Source: Gemmata obscuriglobus (GTDB lineage Bacteria > Planctomycetota > Planctomycetia > Gemmatales > Gemmataceae). Taken from it: 32,000 nt of DNA. The stretch spans positions 2,070,001 to 2,102,000 of the forward strand of contig NZ_CP042911.1 of assembly GCF_008065095.1 (NCBI RefSeq), written 5' to 3'. Below the pieces are notes generated by a model that was not told where the DNA came from, made no database searches, and was given only the letters and a program-made list of their open reading frames with translations. Positions 15,231 to 25,800 of this stretch are shown here, in pieces (the first letter of the stretch is position 1; each line of letters opens with the position of its first letter). The position numbers and the translations under genes were made by a program.

Positions 15231-17138
15231 TCACCGGAAGAATGCCAACTCGCTCGACTCGCCCGTCTCCACCGTGGGGGCCAGGACCGCCCGGTCGAGG
15301 TACTTGTTGCCCCGCTCGCATGATGTCTCCGGGGCAAACAGGCAGGCGTGGCACGAGGCGGCGTGCAGGGTGATCCCGTCCCGGTACGGGTGGTGTTCGG
15401 CGCACAGCGGGTCGCTGGCGCACAGCCGCACGTTGTCGAGCGCCTGGTCCAGGTGCCGCTCCAGGGCCTCCGGTCTGCCCAGCGATACCAACCCGCCGAG
15501 CGTGCCTTCGCTGTCCGGCGCTGCGGTGTAGATCAGCACGCCCGCCATCTCCGGCTGTTCCTCGCCGGGGTTGCGGGAGTAAATCCGCTCCCGCAGTGAG
15601 GCCGTGGTGTACCCGCATTCGACGGACAGTTGGCGGATCAGGGCGTGGGCAAACGAGTGCAGCAGGACGTACCGCAGGCCCGGATAAAAGTCCTGGGGCG
15701 GGTCGAGCTTCCGGGCCGTCCGCCACCGCTGATGGGCTTCGAAGAACCGCCCGTCGAGCGTCTCGTTCTTCTTCACCCACGTCTGGATCAGGCTCTCCTT
15801 GAAGTGGAAGAACAGCCCCTCGCCCCGAATCTCCGACGCCGGAACCCAGGCCGGGTCTTTGCGGGAGAGTCTGGCCCGCTGATTCGGTGGGAACGCTGCC
15901 GGGTTGTCGTAGTCGCTCGGCGACTCGATGCGGGAGAAGCCGACCAGCGCCCGCACCTCTCGCAGCCGCTCGGCCAGGACCACCTTCTCGAAATACTTGG
16001 CGTACCGTTTCGGCGGCGGGACGGCCCGCAACTGGAAGTCCCGCCCCGTTTCCGCCGAGCCGGGGTCGGTGAAGACCTCCCATTCCGGCGTCTTGAGGTC
16101 GGACGGGTCGCCGCCTTGGTCCGGCACGGCGGTCTTCTTGGTCTGAACCGCCTGCCAGATGTCGGCGGGCGTGTACTCGGCCAGGTCACGCAACTGCGGC
16201 GTCACCGCCTGGAGGAGTTCGATGTTCTGCTCGCTTTGGACCTTCTCCAGAATGGTCCAGTGGTCATCGACAAGCTGTTTTAGCTTCCCAGACGCCTGCG
16301 GGATCGCCAGCGCTGTGAGCGTCAGACCGAACCACGAGTTCGATGCCCCCTGGAGCATTGGCTCCGCCCGCACTTCCACGCCAATGGGCGTCTTGCAGCC
16401 GCACTCGTCGTGGTCCCGCAAGTGGGGGCGGCGGGCCTTGCAGACCGGCAGCGCCTGGAGGTCCATCTTGAAGGCATCCGACATTGGCCGAGAGAGTAGA
16501 ACGGGCTTCCCATCTCGATAACCTAATCCGTGATCCGCCTCGCACTGCACATAGATGCTCGAAGCTTCGCCAGTGGCCGAGGGTTCGAGCAGCTTCAACC
16601 CGCCTTGGCATTTAGTCGGCCCGCCGTGGACGAAATTCCGCCACGGGAAGTCGTCCAGGTGGCCGTTCTTGCACGCCACGATGAAGCGGGCGGGAACCAC
16701 GGTCGGTGGCTTCCCCGGCTTGGTACAGTTGGCGTGGACGTACCGAATCTGGTCGGTACGGTACGGCGTCTCCAGCTTGAACAGCCCACCGCCGAGAGGT
16801 GCCAGCCGACGACAATAGGGGCAGACCATCCACCGGGGGAACGGGGCGACCGGGATGCCGACCAGGGCCGACGAGTCGAACTGGTTGACCTGATGCGTGT
16901 CCGGCACGACCGGGGCCGACCGCAATGCGGCTACCTGCGCCCCCAGCACTTCCTTGACCGACGCCAAGAGCCGCTGCTCCCCGATCTCCACCGTATCCTT
17001 GAGCGGCCAGTCCTCTAGCCCCATCACCATGACCGACAGGTTCGGCAGGTCGATGATCGCCCCGACGCCGAACGTGGTGAGCGCCTGGCTGGGGCGCAGT
17101 TCACCCACCTTGAAGCGTTTCTGGTCCTTCGGGGTCAT
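15231..17138 (-). CDS. drmB: DUF1998-domain protein, DISARM DrmB-like (635 aa)
   Basis: C-terminal 'CHACLFAPETSCERGNKYLDRAVL' is the DUF1998/MrfA-type Zn motif. N-terminal 'LRPSQALTTFGVGAIIDLP' and the Cys cluster 'CPYCRR...ANC' are also present. The ATG at 17138 overlaps the drmA stop (ATGA). Confidence 0.85.
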   Translation of the reverse strand: MTPKDQKRFKVGELRPSQALTTFGVGAIIDLPNLSVMVMGLEDWPLKDTVEIGEQRLLASVKEVLGAQVAALRSAPVVPDTHQVNQFDSSALVGIPVAPFPRWMVCPYCRRLAPLGGGLFKLETPYRTDQIRYVHANCTKPGKPPTVVPARFIVACKNGHLDDFPWRNFVHGGPTKCQGGLKLLEPSATGEASSIYVQCEADHGLGYRDGKPVLLSRPMSDAFKMDLQALPVCKARRPHLRDHDECGCKTPIGVEVRAEPMLQGASNSWFGLTLTALAIPQASGKLKQLVDDHWTILEKVQSEQNIELLQAVTPQLRDLAEYTPADIWQAVQTKKTAVPDQGGDPSDLKTPEWEVFTDPGSAETGRDFQLRAVPPPKRYAKYFEKVVLAERLREVRALVGFSRIESPSDYDNPAAFPPNQRARLSRKDPAWVPASEIRGEGLFFHFKESLIQTWVKKNETLDGRFFEAHQRWRTARKLDPPQDFYPGLRYVLLHSFAHALIRQLSVECGYTTASLRERIYSRNPGEEQPEMAGVLIYTAAPDSEGTLGGLVSLGRPEALERHLDQALDNVRLCASDPLCAEHHPYRDGITLHAASCHACLFAPETSCERGNKYLDRAVLAPTVETGESSELAFFR

Positions 17139-20100
17139 GGGGCGGCTCCCTCCTCGTCCTCGCCCTCGTCGTCCATGCCGAAGGTGTCGAGGATCAGGTT
17201 GGCGGTCGGCTCCACGTCCCGGAGCGAGTTGAGGCAGGTGAACTCGTCCCACGGCTCGATGCTCGGCTTGCGGAGCAGGCCGACCGTCACCCCGTCCTTC
17301 TTCGTCTCGTAGCCGAGTTGGTTCCCCTGGGCCGTCCGCTGTGCCCGCTTCTGCCACAGGTCCATCTTCCGCTTGAGTTGCTGGCGGACCTCCTCGGCGG
17401 TGTCCGGCCCGGCGACCAGTTCGGCCCGCCTCGTGATGACCTCAATGGCGTCGGCGACGTACTGGTGGCCCCGCTGGGTCGCCATCAGCATCGCCTTGTC
17501 GTTCGAGTTAAACTCGAACCCCCGCTGCCGGACCAAGGCCACCAAGAGCGCCGCCAGCCCACGGGCTGTCGCCCCCGCTGAGAACGGCGTGACCGACAGG
17601 GCCTCGACGTGCTTGTAGAAGGTCGAGTGGTAATGCTCGAACGTTTCGTAGTGGGACAAGTCCCGTGGCCTCGCCCAGTTGAACACCGTGCAAACGAGGC
17701 CGGGGAACTTCCGCCCGACCCGGCTCGACGCCTGAATGTACTCCGCAGTCGTCTTCGGCTGCCCGCCGACCACCATCAGGCCGAGGCGTGGTACGTCCAC
17801 GCCGACCGAGATCATGTTGGTGGCCAGCAGCACGTCGATGGGGCGGCGGATGAACTCCGCACTCCCCTTCCGCTTCTTGATCTCGTCCAGAATGTCTGGG
17901 TCGAACCGGCTCTCCAGCAGGTCGAGCGTTTCCGGGATCGCCGTCGATCCCAGCCGGGAGGTCAGTTCCTTCACCGTGTCAGGGGTGTACAGCGTACGGC
18001 TCGCCAGCCCCCGGTCATGCATTCTGCGGAGCCGGGTACGCACGTCGTCGTCCACCAGCCGCTTCATGCCGCCGAGTTCCCGCAGACTGTTGAAGTACCC
18101 CACGAGCGTCATCCACGGGTCGGCGTCCAGACCGTATTTGTCGAACAACACCTGCCCGGCAGACAGGAAGGCGACGTACACCCGGATGAGCGCCGCCTTG
18201 AGCCGCCGACCGGGGGCGCAGATGCCGATGTACTTCCGCCCCGGAGTCTTCTCCCCCGATTGCCGCTGGAGGGAGAAGAAGTTGTCGGCGATCTCCAGGC
18301 CGCTCGGCGGGAACACGTTCAGGCTGCGGAGGAACAGTCCGTACACCTGATCGCTCGCCCGGCGAATGGTCGCCGTGGACGCCACCACCTTGGGCCGCAC
18401 CTTCTTGCCGTTCACTTCCCAGGTGCAGAGCCGGTCGATGGCCGTCTCGTACAGGCCGACCAGCGTACCGAGCGGCCCACTGATGAGGTGCAACTCGTCC
18501 TGGATGATGAGGTCGGGCGGGCGCAGCGGGTTTTGCGCTACCACCCTCGCTTGGGGGATACTTCCCTTAGCCCGGTGGACGCCGCCGACCTCCAGTTCCT
18601 CGGACGCCTCGGCCAGACCGGGGGACCGAAATCCGTGCCGCTCGCAGTACCCGTCCACCTGTCCGAACAACATCTGTACCGACCCGTTCCACGGCATCTG
18701 AGCGAACTTGTCCACGGTGGTAATCAGGAGCGACGGCAAGCGGCGGTAAATCTCCTCGTCCACCACCATCACCGGCAGCCCCTCGCCCGGCGCTTCCTTC
18801 ATCGAGAACTTGCACTGGCCGAACTTGGCCCCACAGTAGATCAACGTGCGGCACGCTCCCTCGGCGTACTTCTCGACCTTAATGTGCTTGCCGGGGTCGA
18901 TCTTCGTCCCGCACCACGGGCAATTGGTGAGTTGGTGTGGGGACGCCGTCCCCGACTTGGGCTTGCCGCCGTGGGCCGACTTCACCGCCTCGTCCGCATC
19001 GCTGGTCCAGTTCGGCGTTGTGCTGCCGCCGACCCACAGGCCGATGCGGAACGGCGTTCTCCCCCATCGGGTTTCGCCGTGACTCAGGGCCGTGCGGCGG
19101 ATGTCTTCACAGGCGCAAATGAGCGCCGCCGCCCGCTGGAACTGCTGGAGTGTCAGGAGCCGGAGCGTGTATCGCATCAAGACGGTAACGCCATTCTCGC
19201 CGGAACGCCCCTCGATCACGCCCTGGAGCCGCCGCAGGCCGAGCGTGTAGGCAGTCAGGCCGAGGTACGCTTCTGTCTTCCCGCCGCCCGTGGGGAACCA
19301 GAGCAGGTCGGCGACGGCGTCCGGCGACTCGCCCCGTTCGGGGTGGTCGAGCTTCGTGATACCGGGCAGGTTCAGCAGGACGAAGGCAAGTTGGAACGGA
19401 TACCACGAGCGGTTTACCGGGATGTCGATGGCCCCCATGTCGGGCTTCTCGTCGCCCCGCCGCACCCGCTCTGCGAACTGCGAGTGGGTCCGCTGGAGCC
19501 ACATCGCCCGGTTCATGAACTGGAACGCCTGCGCCGCCTTATCGTCCTTATCGAGCAGGTCCAGTCCGGCCTCGATCCGCTGGAGGGTGGTGCGGCAGCG
19601 GGTGAGCGCTTGGCGGGTGGCGTGCTGGAAGTGCGTCAGCCCCTCGGCGGGGTCGGCGATTCGCTGATCTTCCCGCTCGATCCAGTCCCGGTACGCCTCG
19701 ACCAGTGGCTTGAGCATCGGGCGGTACTGCTTCGGGCTGGCCTCGGCCAACAGTTTCATGTCGAGGACCAGCCCCTCCAGCTTAGCAAAGGCCGGATTGG
19801 TCCCGGCGTCGGCGGGCGTTGGCGGGGTAGTCTTAGGAACCTCGTAGGTCGGCACGACCCTGGTGCGGACCCGGACGGCGTGTGTCGGGTCGGGCGACAC
19901 GTCCACATGCACACCGATCCCGTGGCCCACGGCGAACTCGACGTGCCGCCGATACAGCATCCCCAGCAGTTCGTTCTCGGCCTTCACAGCCGGGTCCGTG
20001 CCGGTGAGTTCGAGGATGGTGTGCCGCTTGTGCAGGACCGCCGCCCCACCGACCCCTTCCGCCATCAACTCCGGCTGGAACACCCAGGCGGCGTCCTTCC

Positions 20101-20752
20101 GCTTCTCCGGCTCCTGCTGCTCGTTGACCAGGAACAGGGTGACGCACCAGTGGTCGGTCCGCTTGCGGACGAGGCCCTGGACGACGACTTCGGGGCAGTT
20201 GTGATCGACCACGACCGGCTGGAGCGGGCCGTCCTTCAACGGCAGCCGGTGCTTGCCGCCACGGGGATACCGCTTCCACACCAAGCGGGGGTTGCCAGTC
20301 TTCTCGCTGACGAGGTACTCGCTCTTCTCCCGGAGGTACTGCCCCCAGGCGGCGGACAGATCGATCTCGCTGGCCTCAGGGTTAACCGAGAAGGTCATGC
20401 CGAACGACGACGGGATCAGGGCCTTGGCCTGCTCCTGGGCGGCTTCCCGGTCGGTCGGCCCGTCCTGCGACGTGTCTTTGCCGCCTAGCGCCAGGTCGTC
20501 GCCGTCGAGGATTTCCCCGTCCGTATCACCGTCGTCGTCCTCGTTGGTCTGGGGCGGGGCGGGTCGAGCGGGTGCGACCTCGGCGGTTCGCTTCCGGGGG
20601 GCCAGCACGCCGACGAAGTACCGAGTTCCGGGCGACTCGGTGATCTCCTCCTCGGCGCTGCCGGGGCCGAGGAGTTCCTTCAGAACCATCGTTTCCAGTT
20701 CGTCCCGCAACTGGAGGGGCGAGGGCGGCTTCGGCAACGCTGGCAAACTCAT
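17135..20752 (-). CDS. drmA: superfamily-2 DExH helicase, DISARM DrmA-like (1205 aa)
   Basis: Motif I 'LWFPTGGGKTEAYLG', motif II 'LIIQDELHLISG', motif III 'ASTATI', motif V 'LLATNMISVGVDVPRL' and motif VI 'YIQASSRVGR'. ATG at 20752. Confidence 0.88.
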   Translation of the reverse strand: MSLPALPKPPSPLQLRDELETMVLKELLGPGSAEEEITESPGTRYFVGVLAPRKRTAEVAPARPAPPQTNEDDDGDTDGEILDGDDLALGGKDTSQDGPTDREAAQEQAKALIPSSFGMTFSVNPEASEIDLSAAWGQYLREKSEYLVSEKTGNPRLVWKRYPRGGKHRLPLKDGPLQPVVVDHNCPEVVVQGLVRKRTDHWCVTLFLVNEQQEPEKRKDAAWVFQPELMAEGVGGAAVLHKRHTILELTGTDPAVKAENELLGMLYRRHVEFAVGHGIGVHVDVSPDPTHAVRVRTRVVPTYEVPKTTPPTPADAGTNPAFAKLEGLVLDMKLLAEASPKQYRPMLKPLVEAYRDWIEREDQRIADPAEGLTHFQHATRQALTRCRTTLQRIEAGLDLLDKDDKAAQAFQFMNRAMWLQRTHSQFAERVRRGDEKPDMGAIDIPVNRSWYPFQLAFVLLNLPGITKLDHPERGESPDAVADLLWFPTGGGKTEAYLGLTAYTLGLRRLQGVIEGRSGENGVTVLMRYTLRLLTLQQFQRAAALICACEDIRRTALSHGETRWGRTPFRIGLWVGGSTTPNWTSDADEAVKSAHGGKPKSGTASPHQLTNCPWCGTKIDPGKHIKVEKYAEGACRTLIYCGAKFGQCKFSMKEAPGEGLPVMVVDEEIYRRLPSLLITTVDKFAQMPWNGSVQMLFGQVDGYCERHGFRSPGLAEASEELEVGGVHRAKGSIPQARVVAQNPLRPPDLIIQDELHLISGPLGTLVGLYETAIDRLCTWEVNGKKVRPKVVASTATIRRASDQVYGLFLRSLNVFPPSGLEIADNFFSLQRQSGEKTPGRKYIGICAPGRRLKAALIRVYVAFLSAGQVLFDKYGLDADPWMTLVGYFNSLRELGGMKRLVDDDVRTRLRRMHDRGLASRTLYTPDTVKELTSRLGSTAIPETLDLLESRFDPDILDEIKKRKGSAEFIRRPIDVLLATNMISVGVDVPRLGLMVVGGQPKTTAEYIQASSRVGRKFPGLVCTVFNWARPRDLSHYETFEHYHSTFYKHVEALSVTPFSAGATARGLAALLVALVRQRGFEFNSNDKAMLMATQRGHQYVADAIEVITRRAELVAGPDTAEEVRQQLKRKMDLWQKRAQRTAQGNQLGYETKKDGVTVGLLRKPSIEPWDEFTCLNSLRDVEPTANLILDTFGMDDEGEDEEGAAP

Positions 20753-20829
20753 CTCAAAACCTCGAACGCTTGTAGTCGTCGCACGGCGAACAACACCCGT
20801 CGTTCACCGTCGTGAGAGGTTGCAGAGCT

Positions 20830-22845
20830 TCATGCGCCCTCTTCATCGTTGAAGAGGGACTGTTGTTCCGAGTCGGACTGAGCGATTTCCAGTTGCCTCC
20901 GAAAGAGCGAACCCGCTCCGCCGCTGAGAACTTCCTTCGTCACGTCGGCAGACCGAAGCGCCTCGGACGGTTGAGTCGTTGTGGTCACGATGTACTGGTA
21001 GGGCGTGGTGCCCGCATCCGACATCAGCGAAAACGCCGTGTCCAGCATCCGCTCGTACAGCCGCACGTTGAGGTCGGCTTCTCGTGGGCTGTCGTGGATG
21101 AGCAGTCCGGGGTGGCAGACCGACCCCGACGAACTCTCCACGAGAATGGCGAGGTCGGCCAGGAGCACGGCAAGCGTTTCGTACGCCTCGCCAGCCAGCG
21201 AGCGCTCCCGGCTGATCCGAAAGGCGATCTCTTCCTTGTCGACGGCGACCGTGCCTTTGAAAGTGCCGGTGATCGCCTGCTGGACGATGCTGTGGAACCG
21301 CTGTCGAAACTGCTCCATTCGTTCGTTTTGCTTGACCAGCAACTCTGACAACTCCTGCTTCAGTCGCTCGACCTCCGCCTGTTTGTTTTGCTCGTCCGAA
21401 CTGAGGGCGGCGAGTTCGTGGTTCGGTTCTTCGCCGCTCTCGACCCGGTGCCACTTCAACAGATCGTTCGTGACGAGGGGAACGACCTTCAGCAAGTTGT
21501 TGATGTCACGGCGACGATCCGACAGGTCGTTTTTCGCCTCATTGAGTTGCTTCAACTTCGTTCGAATCCGCTCCAGTGAGTCCTCCTGGCGTTTCGCCTC
21601 GGTGCCCAACGCCGTTTCGACTTGGTCCCGGTTCTGAACCACCCTGAGCACCCGCCGCTGACCTTCCGGCGGCTTCTTTGCGATCTCGCCCTCCAGATCG
21701 GCCAACTTCTTCTTGACCATCTCGCACTCACTGACCAGTTCACCAGTCGGGCACGATTTGAAGCCCTTCTCCAAGATCGTCTGGCGCTGGCTTTCGGGGC
21801 TGACCGACTCTTCGAGGACGGCGGTGCCCGTAGCGGTGACGACTTTTGCGCTATCGCTCTGTTCCTGCAACTCGTGAATCTCGTTGAGCCTCGCCGTCGC
21901 CCCGTTGATCTGTGTGTCGAGGTCTTCGATCCTCTTCTCGACAGCGGCACGCTCCTGCTCCAGATCGCTGATGCGCCCCTCTGTCATCTGGCGAATGTTG
22001 CCGAGTACCCGGTTGTCCAGCGGCGCAGCGTCCGCTCCGGGCACCTCGCACTCGTCCCGCAGGCGCTTGCGAGTCTGCTCGATGTGGAACGCTGGCTCGG
22101 CGGCTTTCAACTTGATCTTGTCCCGCAGTTCACCCAGTTCGGCGTCTAACTCGGCCTGACGCTTCAGAATTTGGGGTTCTCGTATGTCGAGCAGTCCCAA
22201 CATCGCACGCACGCACAGGGACACATCGACTTTGGTGAACTTCGTGACGCCGGAATCGCTGCGGGCGGGGCGCACGTTCCAGAAGCGGTCGTAGCGGCTC
22301 TCCTGATCTCGGCTACACAGGGCCAGCAGATGCGACCACTGGACCGCCTGTCCGCCGGACAGCACCTCCCGGTGCTTCAACCCCGACAGAACGAGTTCCT
22401 GCACGTGCTTCAGGAACTCGGTGTACGGTTGGTCTGCTGCTGCTGCTGCCAGTTTCGCCAGCGTAACCCCACGCTTGACCCGATCTCGTCCGCCGGTGCC
22501 GAGCTTTCTCAGGACCGCCCATTCGTCGCCGTCCACGACGACCACAGCGCCGACGTACCCTTTGGGAAAGCAGTGCCGGACTTCTTCGACCACGTGCTGC
22601 TGACCGAAGGTCTTCTCCCCCAGGCAGTACCGGATCAACCGGCAAAGCGTCGTTTTCCCGTTGCCGTGCCCCGATTCAAAGTCTTGGGCCGAGTCGTCGG
22701 ACTTGCCCTGGATGATGTTCAAGCCGGGCGCAAACGGGATCGTGCGAATCTCATCAACCGGCGAAAGCGACCGATACAGCGTCACCTGCTTCACCCAAAT
22801 CAGGGGCGAAGTGCGCTTGCCGGGTTTCGCCGATTTCCGGGTCAT
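20830..22845 (-). CDS. coiled-coil ABC/SMC-type P-loop ATPase (671 aa) embedded in the DISARM operon
   Basis: N-terminal 'APGLNIIQG...ESGHGNGKTTLCRLIRYCLGE' (P-loop). About 350 aa rich in heptad-like E/K/L/Q/R (coiled coil). C-terminal 'HPGLLIHDSPREADLN' (Walker-B/D-loop-like, reminiscent of the IHDS motif of DUF2326 / ABC-3C ATPases). The ATG at 22845 overlaps the drmMI stop (ATGA). Confidence 0.8.
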   Translation of the reverse strand: MTRKSAKPGKRTSPLIWVKQVTLYRSLSPVDEIRTIPFAPGLNIIQGKSDDSAQDFESGHGNGKTTLCRLIRYCLGEKTFGQQHVVEEVRHCFPKGYVGAVVVVDGDEWAVLRKLGTGGRDRVKRGVTLAKLAAAAADQPYTEFLKHVQELVLSGLKHREVLSGGQAVQWSHLLALCSRDQESRYDRFWNVRPARSDSGVTKFTKVDVSLCVRAMLGLLDIREPQILKRQAELDAELGELRDKIKLKAAEPAFHIEQTRKRLRDECEVPGADAAPLDNRVLGNIRQMTEGRISDLEQERAAVEKRIEDLDTQINGATARLNEIHELQEQSDSAKVVTATGTAVLEESVSPESQRQTILEKGFKSCPTGELVSECEMVKKKLADLEGEIAKKPPEGQRRVLRVVQNRDQVETALGTEAKRQEDSLERIRTKLKQLNEAKNDLSDRRRDINNLLKVVPLVTNDLLKWHRVESGEEPNHELAALSSDEQNKQAEVERLKQELSELLVKQNERMEQFRQRFHSIVQQAITGTFKGTVAVDKEEIAFRISRERSLAGEAYETLAVLLADLAILVESSSGSVCHPGLLIHDSPREADLNVRLYERMLDTAFSLMSDAGTTPYQYIVTTTTQPSEALRSADVTKEVLSGGAGSLFRRQLEIAQSDSEQQSLFNDEEGA

Positions 22846-25800
22846 GCCGCCACCACATACCACTGATATCTGTCATTCACAATCGCCTTGAGAATCTCGG
22901 CCTTCTCTGGCGGAATCTCATTGGGCGTTCCTGTGTTCTCAGGGCCGAACCGTGTCTGAAGATCACGCAATTCCGCAGCAGCTTTGCGAAGCAGGGAGAC
23001 AAGTTCCGGTGCGGCAGCGAGGTACGACTTCCGAGCCTCGGACACGGCTGTTCCCACCTGAATGGTCTGGCCTCCTTGTTCGATGGCTTTCCGCCGGACA
23101 AGCTGGTTCTTCAACTCACCCCACGGGATTTTGTCTGCGGTGCTCCACGAGGCTAATGGCGTGGCCTGACACAACTTCTCAAACTCGGTGCGGTCCTTTC
23201 CGGTGAGAAGCTGTTTGTGTCGCTTATAGCCCAGCGCAATCACGAGGGCATCGACGTATTCCAACTCGCTTAGACCGGAGTCTGCTTTGACCAGATCGCA
23301 GACGAGTCCACAGAGATAACTGTCCCGTTCGGTGCTGGGGAATGTGCCATCGTCAGGGTCGAACAGCGTGGCCCCGGTGGTGGCTTTCTGCTCGGTAGCC
23401 TTCGCCTTCGGCTTGCTGGCCGCTTTCGGCTTCTTTTTCGTGTCGTGCAGCCCTTTCTTCACTTCATCGGCGTATCGCTCGTGGTTCAATCTCAGTAGCC
23501 GAGCGAGGATTTCCCGCCGGGCCGGTTCGCTGATCGTGTACCGGATACCTTGCTTCGTTTCGTGGAAGCCGTGGTCGAGGGCGAGATCGGACCAGCCGTA
23601 GGCGGCGACGACAGCGCAGTCCATCTCGACGTGGAGTTGTCGGAGTTTCTGGATGCCGTCGTTGGTTTCCTCGGAGTCGTGGAATCGATTGTAGGTCTTG
23701 GTCAGCCCTTCTCGCCTAGTGGACATCACATCTTTTCGATGCAACTCGTAGCTCTCGCCTACCTGAAGCGCAGGGATTTGTGGGGGGAAAGGGAAACTCT
23801 CGAAACTGTCGGAGATCGAGAACCGGAGCCGTGTTTCGAGCGTCGAAGACGTCTCCCTGGACCACAGATCAAAAATGCTCGACGACAAAACAGAATACGC
23901 TGCTGTCGCTACGCCACAGTGTACTGCTAGATCGACCGAGAAGACGCAGTTGGTCGGGAGTGTTGAGACGCATAGGTATTTCGTTACACGTGTGGACGCC
24001 ATCACTCGATCTAGACCAGACATTACTTCGATAATTTCCCGCTGCACTCGGCCATACTGCCACCAAAACTGCTTTCGGCGACGGCCATCCGTGTTGTCTT
24101 TCAACCGATCACGTTCCGGTTTAACTTTTTCTTTCACAATTCTGAAGCAGTCGGGGTAATCCATCGCCTTCTCGATGGGCCAGTCGAAGAAGTTGATGAC
24201 CCAGCGACTCGGTGACTGGTCAGGACGGGAATTGAGGTCTTCGCCATTCAAGTACGGGAACAGCACGTTCCGGTTTCGGGAGTCTTTGGCAATCAGCGCC
24301 TGAGCTTCTTCAGGCGTCATCACGAAGCCCATGCCGAGAACGATAGAACCCTGGAACGACTTGCCCTCGTTCGCCTTGAGACTGTAGGGGTTACCTGTCA
24401 CAGTTTTTGGGGGTGTCAGGTAAGCAGTAATCCCCTCGGCAGGCTTCTCATCGAGGACGTATAAGCCGTTCCACCCACCCCTGCGAACCCACACGATTGA
24501 AATTTCCAGACTGGCGAATCCCGGCCACGGGCGGCTCGAATGCGCCCGGTTGACGATGAAGTTCGCCGCCAGCAGCAGATCGAAGGCGACCTCTCTGGTA
24601 TCCCCTTGAGCAATGGTGTTGCTGGCGATCAGGCCGAACCCTGCGCCCGGTCGCACCAACTGCGCCGCACGCAAGAAGAAGTAGGCGCACAGGTCGGCGC
24701 TACCCCGCTTTCCTTTGGCGAGATGGTGAACCAGATACTCTCGGTAGAGAGTTCCGAGGAAGCCGGTGATCTTCTGCCCGCCCATGAACGGTGGGTTTCC
24801 GATGCAGGCATCGAAGCCCCCTTTGGTAATGAAAACTTCGGGGAACTCCAGCGGCCAGTGAAACGGCGTGCGTCCCTTGTTCGCCGCACATGCGGTGACG
24901 GCGAGATCGTGGTCTTTTCCCTGCTGGAAGCTAATCGCCGCCGAAATTAACTCGCCGTCCCCAACATCGAATGCCTTCCCAATCAACACGTCAGCAACCA
25001 GCTTCAGCCGCTTCGTGAGCGCCACGGATTCGTTGAAGTACGCCTCCTGCTCGTTGATCGCTTCGATTGACGTGGCGTGGCGGTTTTCGAGCTTATTTCG
25101 CAGGGCAATCGCCTGCGTCGCTGCATCGTCCAGGCTGGAGAGGAAGAGGTTCCCTTCCTCCCGCTTGCCGGACAGAGTGAGGTTCCGCAGTTGGTCGAGG
25201 TCGTGGATGCCGACGAGCGAATCGCCGTGCCGGATCGCATGGTCGAGGAACTCGAACGGCTTGTCCTTCGCCAGCGTGAGCAACCACAGCGAGAGCTTGG
25301 CGATCTCGACGGCGAGCGGGTTCTTATCGACGCCATAGATGCACCGCTGGGCAACGAGCCGCCGGGCGTAGGCTTCCCGCTCGTCGGGATCGGCGGGGAT
25401 CAGTTCTTCGTTCACCGCCCCCTGTGACGGCAAGCCTTCCGGGGTCAACCGCACCTGGCTCGGCTGCTGGCGTTCGAGTTCTTGCCACGCCTCTTGGAGC
25501 CGAGCCGCCAAGTACCGACACGCTTCGACCAAGAACGCCCCGGACCCGCAGGCGATATCGCACACCTTCATGCCGAGGATGTCACGGGCTGATCTCAGCT
25601 TCCATTCTTCCTTCGGCTTGCCATCAGAAGGGCCGTCGTAAATGAGCGGTTCGAGGGTGTACTGAACGATGGGTTCGGTGAGGGTCTTCGGGGTGTAGTG
25701 AGTGCCGGTGCTGCGCCGGTCTGTGCCCGCCGTGACGAACACGCTGCCCGTGGTCACGACGACTGGGTAGCCGAGCGTGTCGAGGCGCACCAGCCCGGCG

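Noticed and set aside
15226-16083. N-terminal 286 codons of the 553-aa track ORF 14422-16083, and the 73-codon extension of 15231-17357.
   Set aside because: Both extensions overlap the upstream genes (drmB and drmA) out of frame and are Gly/Arg/Pro-rich. Internal ATGs at 15225 and 17138 give proteins that begin right at the upstream stop codons and have sensible N-termini.
17609-20488. 959-aa + strand ORF antisense to drmA. Similar long antisense ORFs occur at 26922-29126, 29205-30614, 25698-26804, 14572-15531 and 15630-16283.
   Set aside because: These are shadow ORFs, typical of GC-rich DNA where stop codons are rare on the antisense frame. The translations are Arg/Gly/Pro/Leu/Val-rich and motif-free, whereas the opposite strand carries complete helicase and methyltransferase motif sets.
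22433-22450. (GCT)n triplet tract inside the ATPase gene as a possible phase-variation switch.
   Set aside because: The unit is a triplet, so slippage would keep the frame. It simply encodes an Ala run (LAAAAADQ) and is short.
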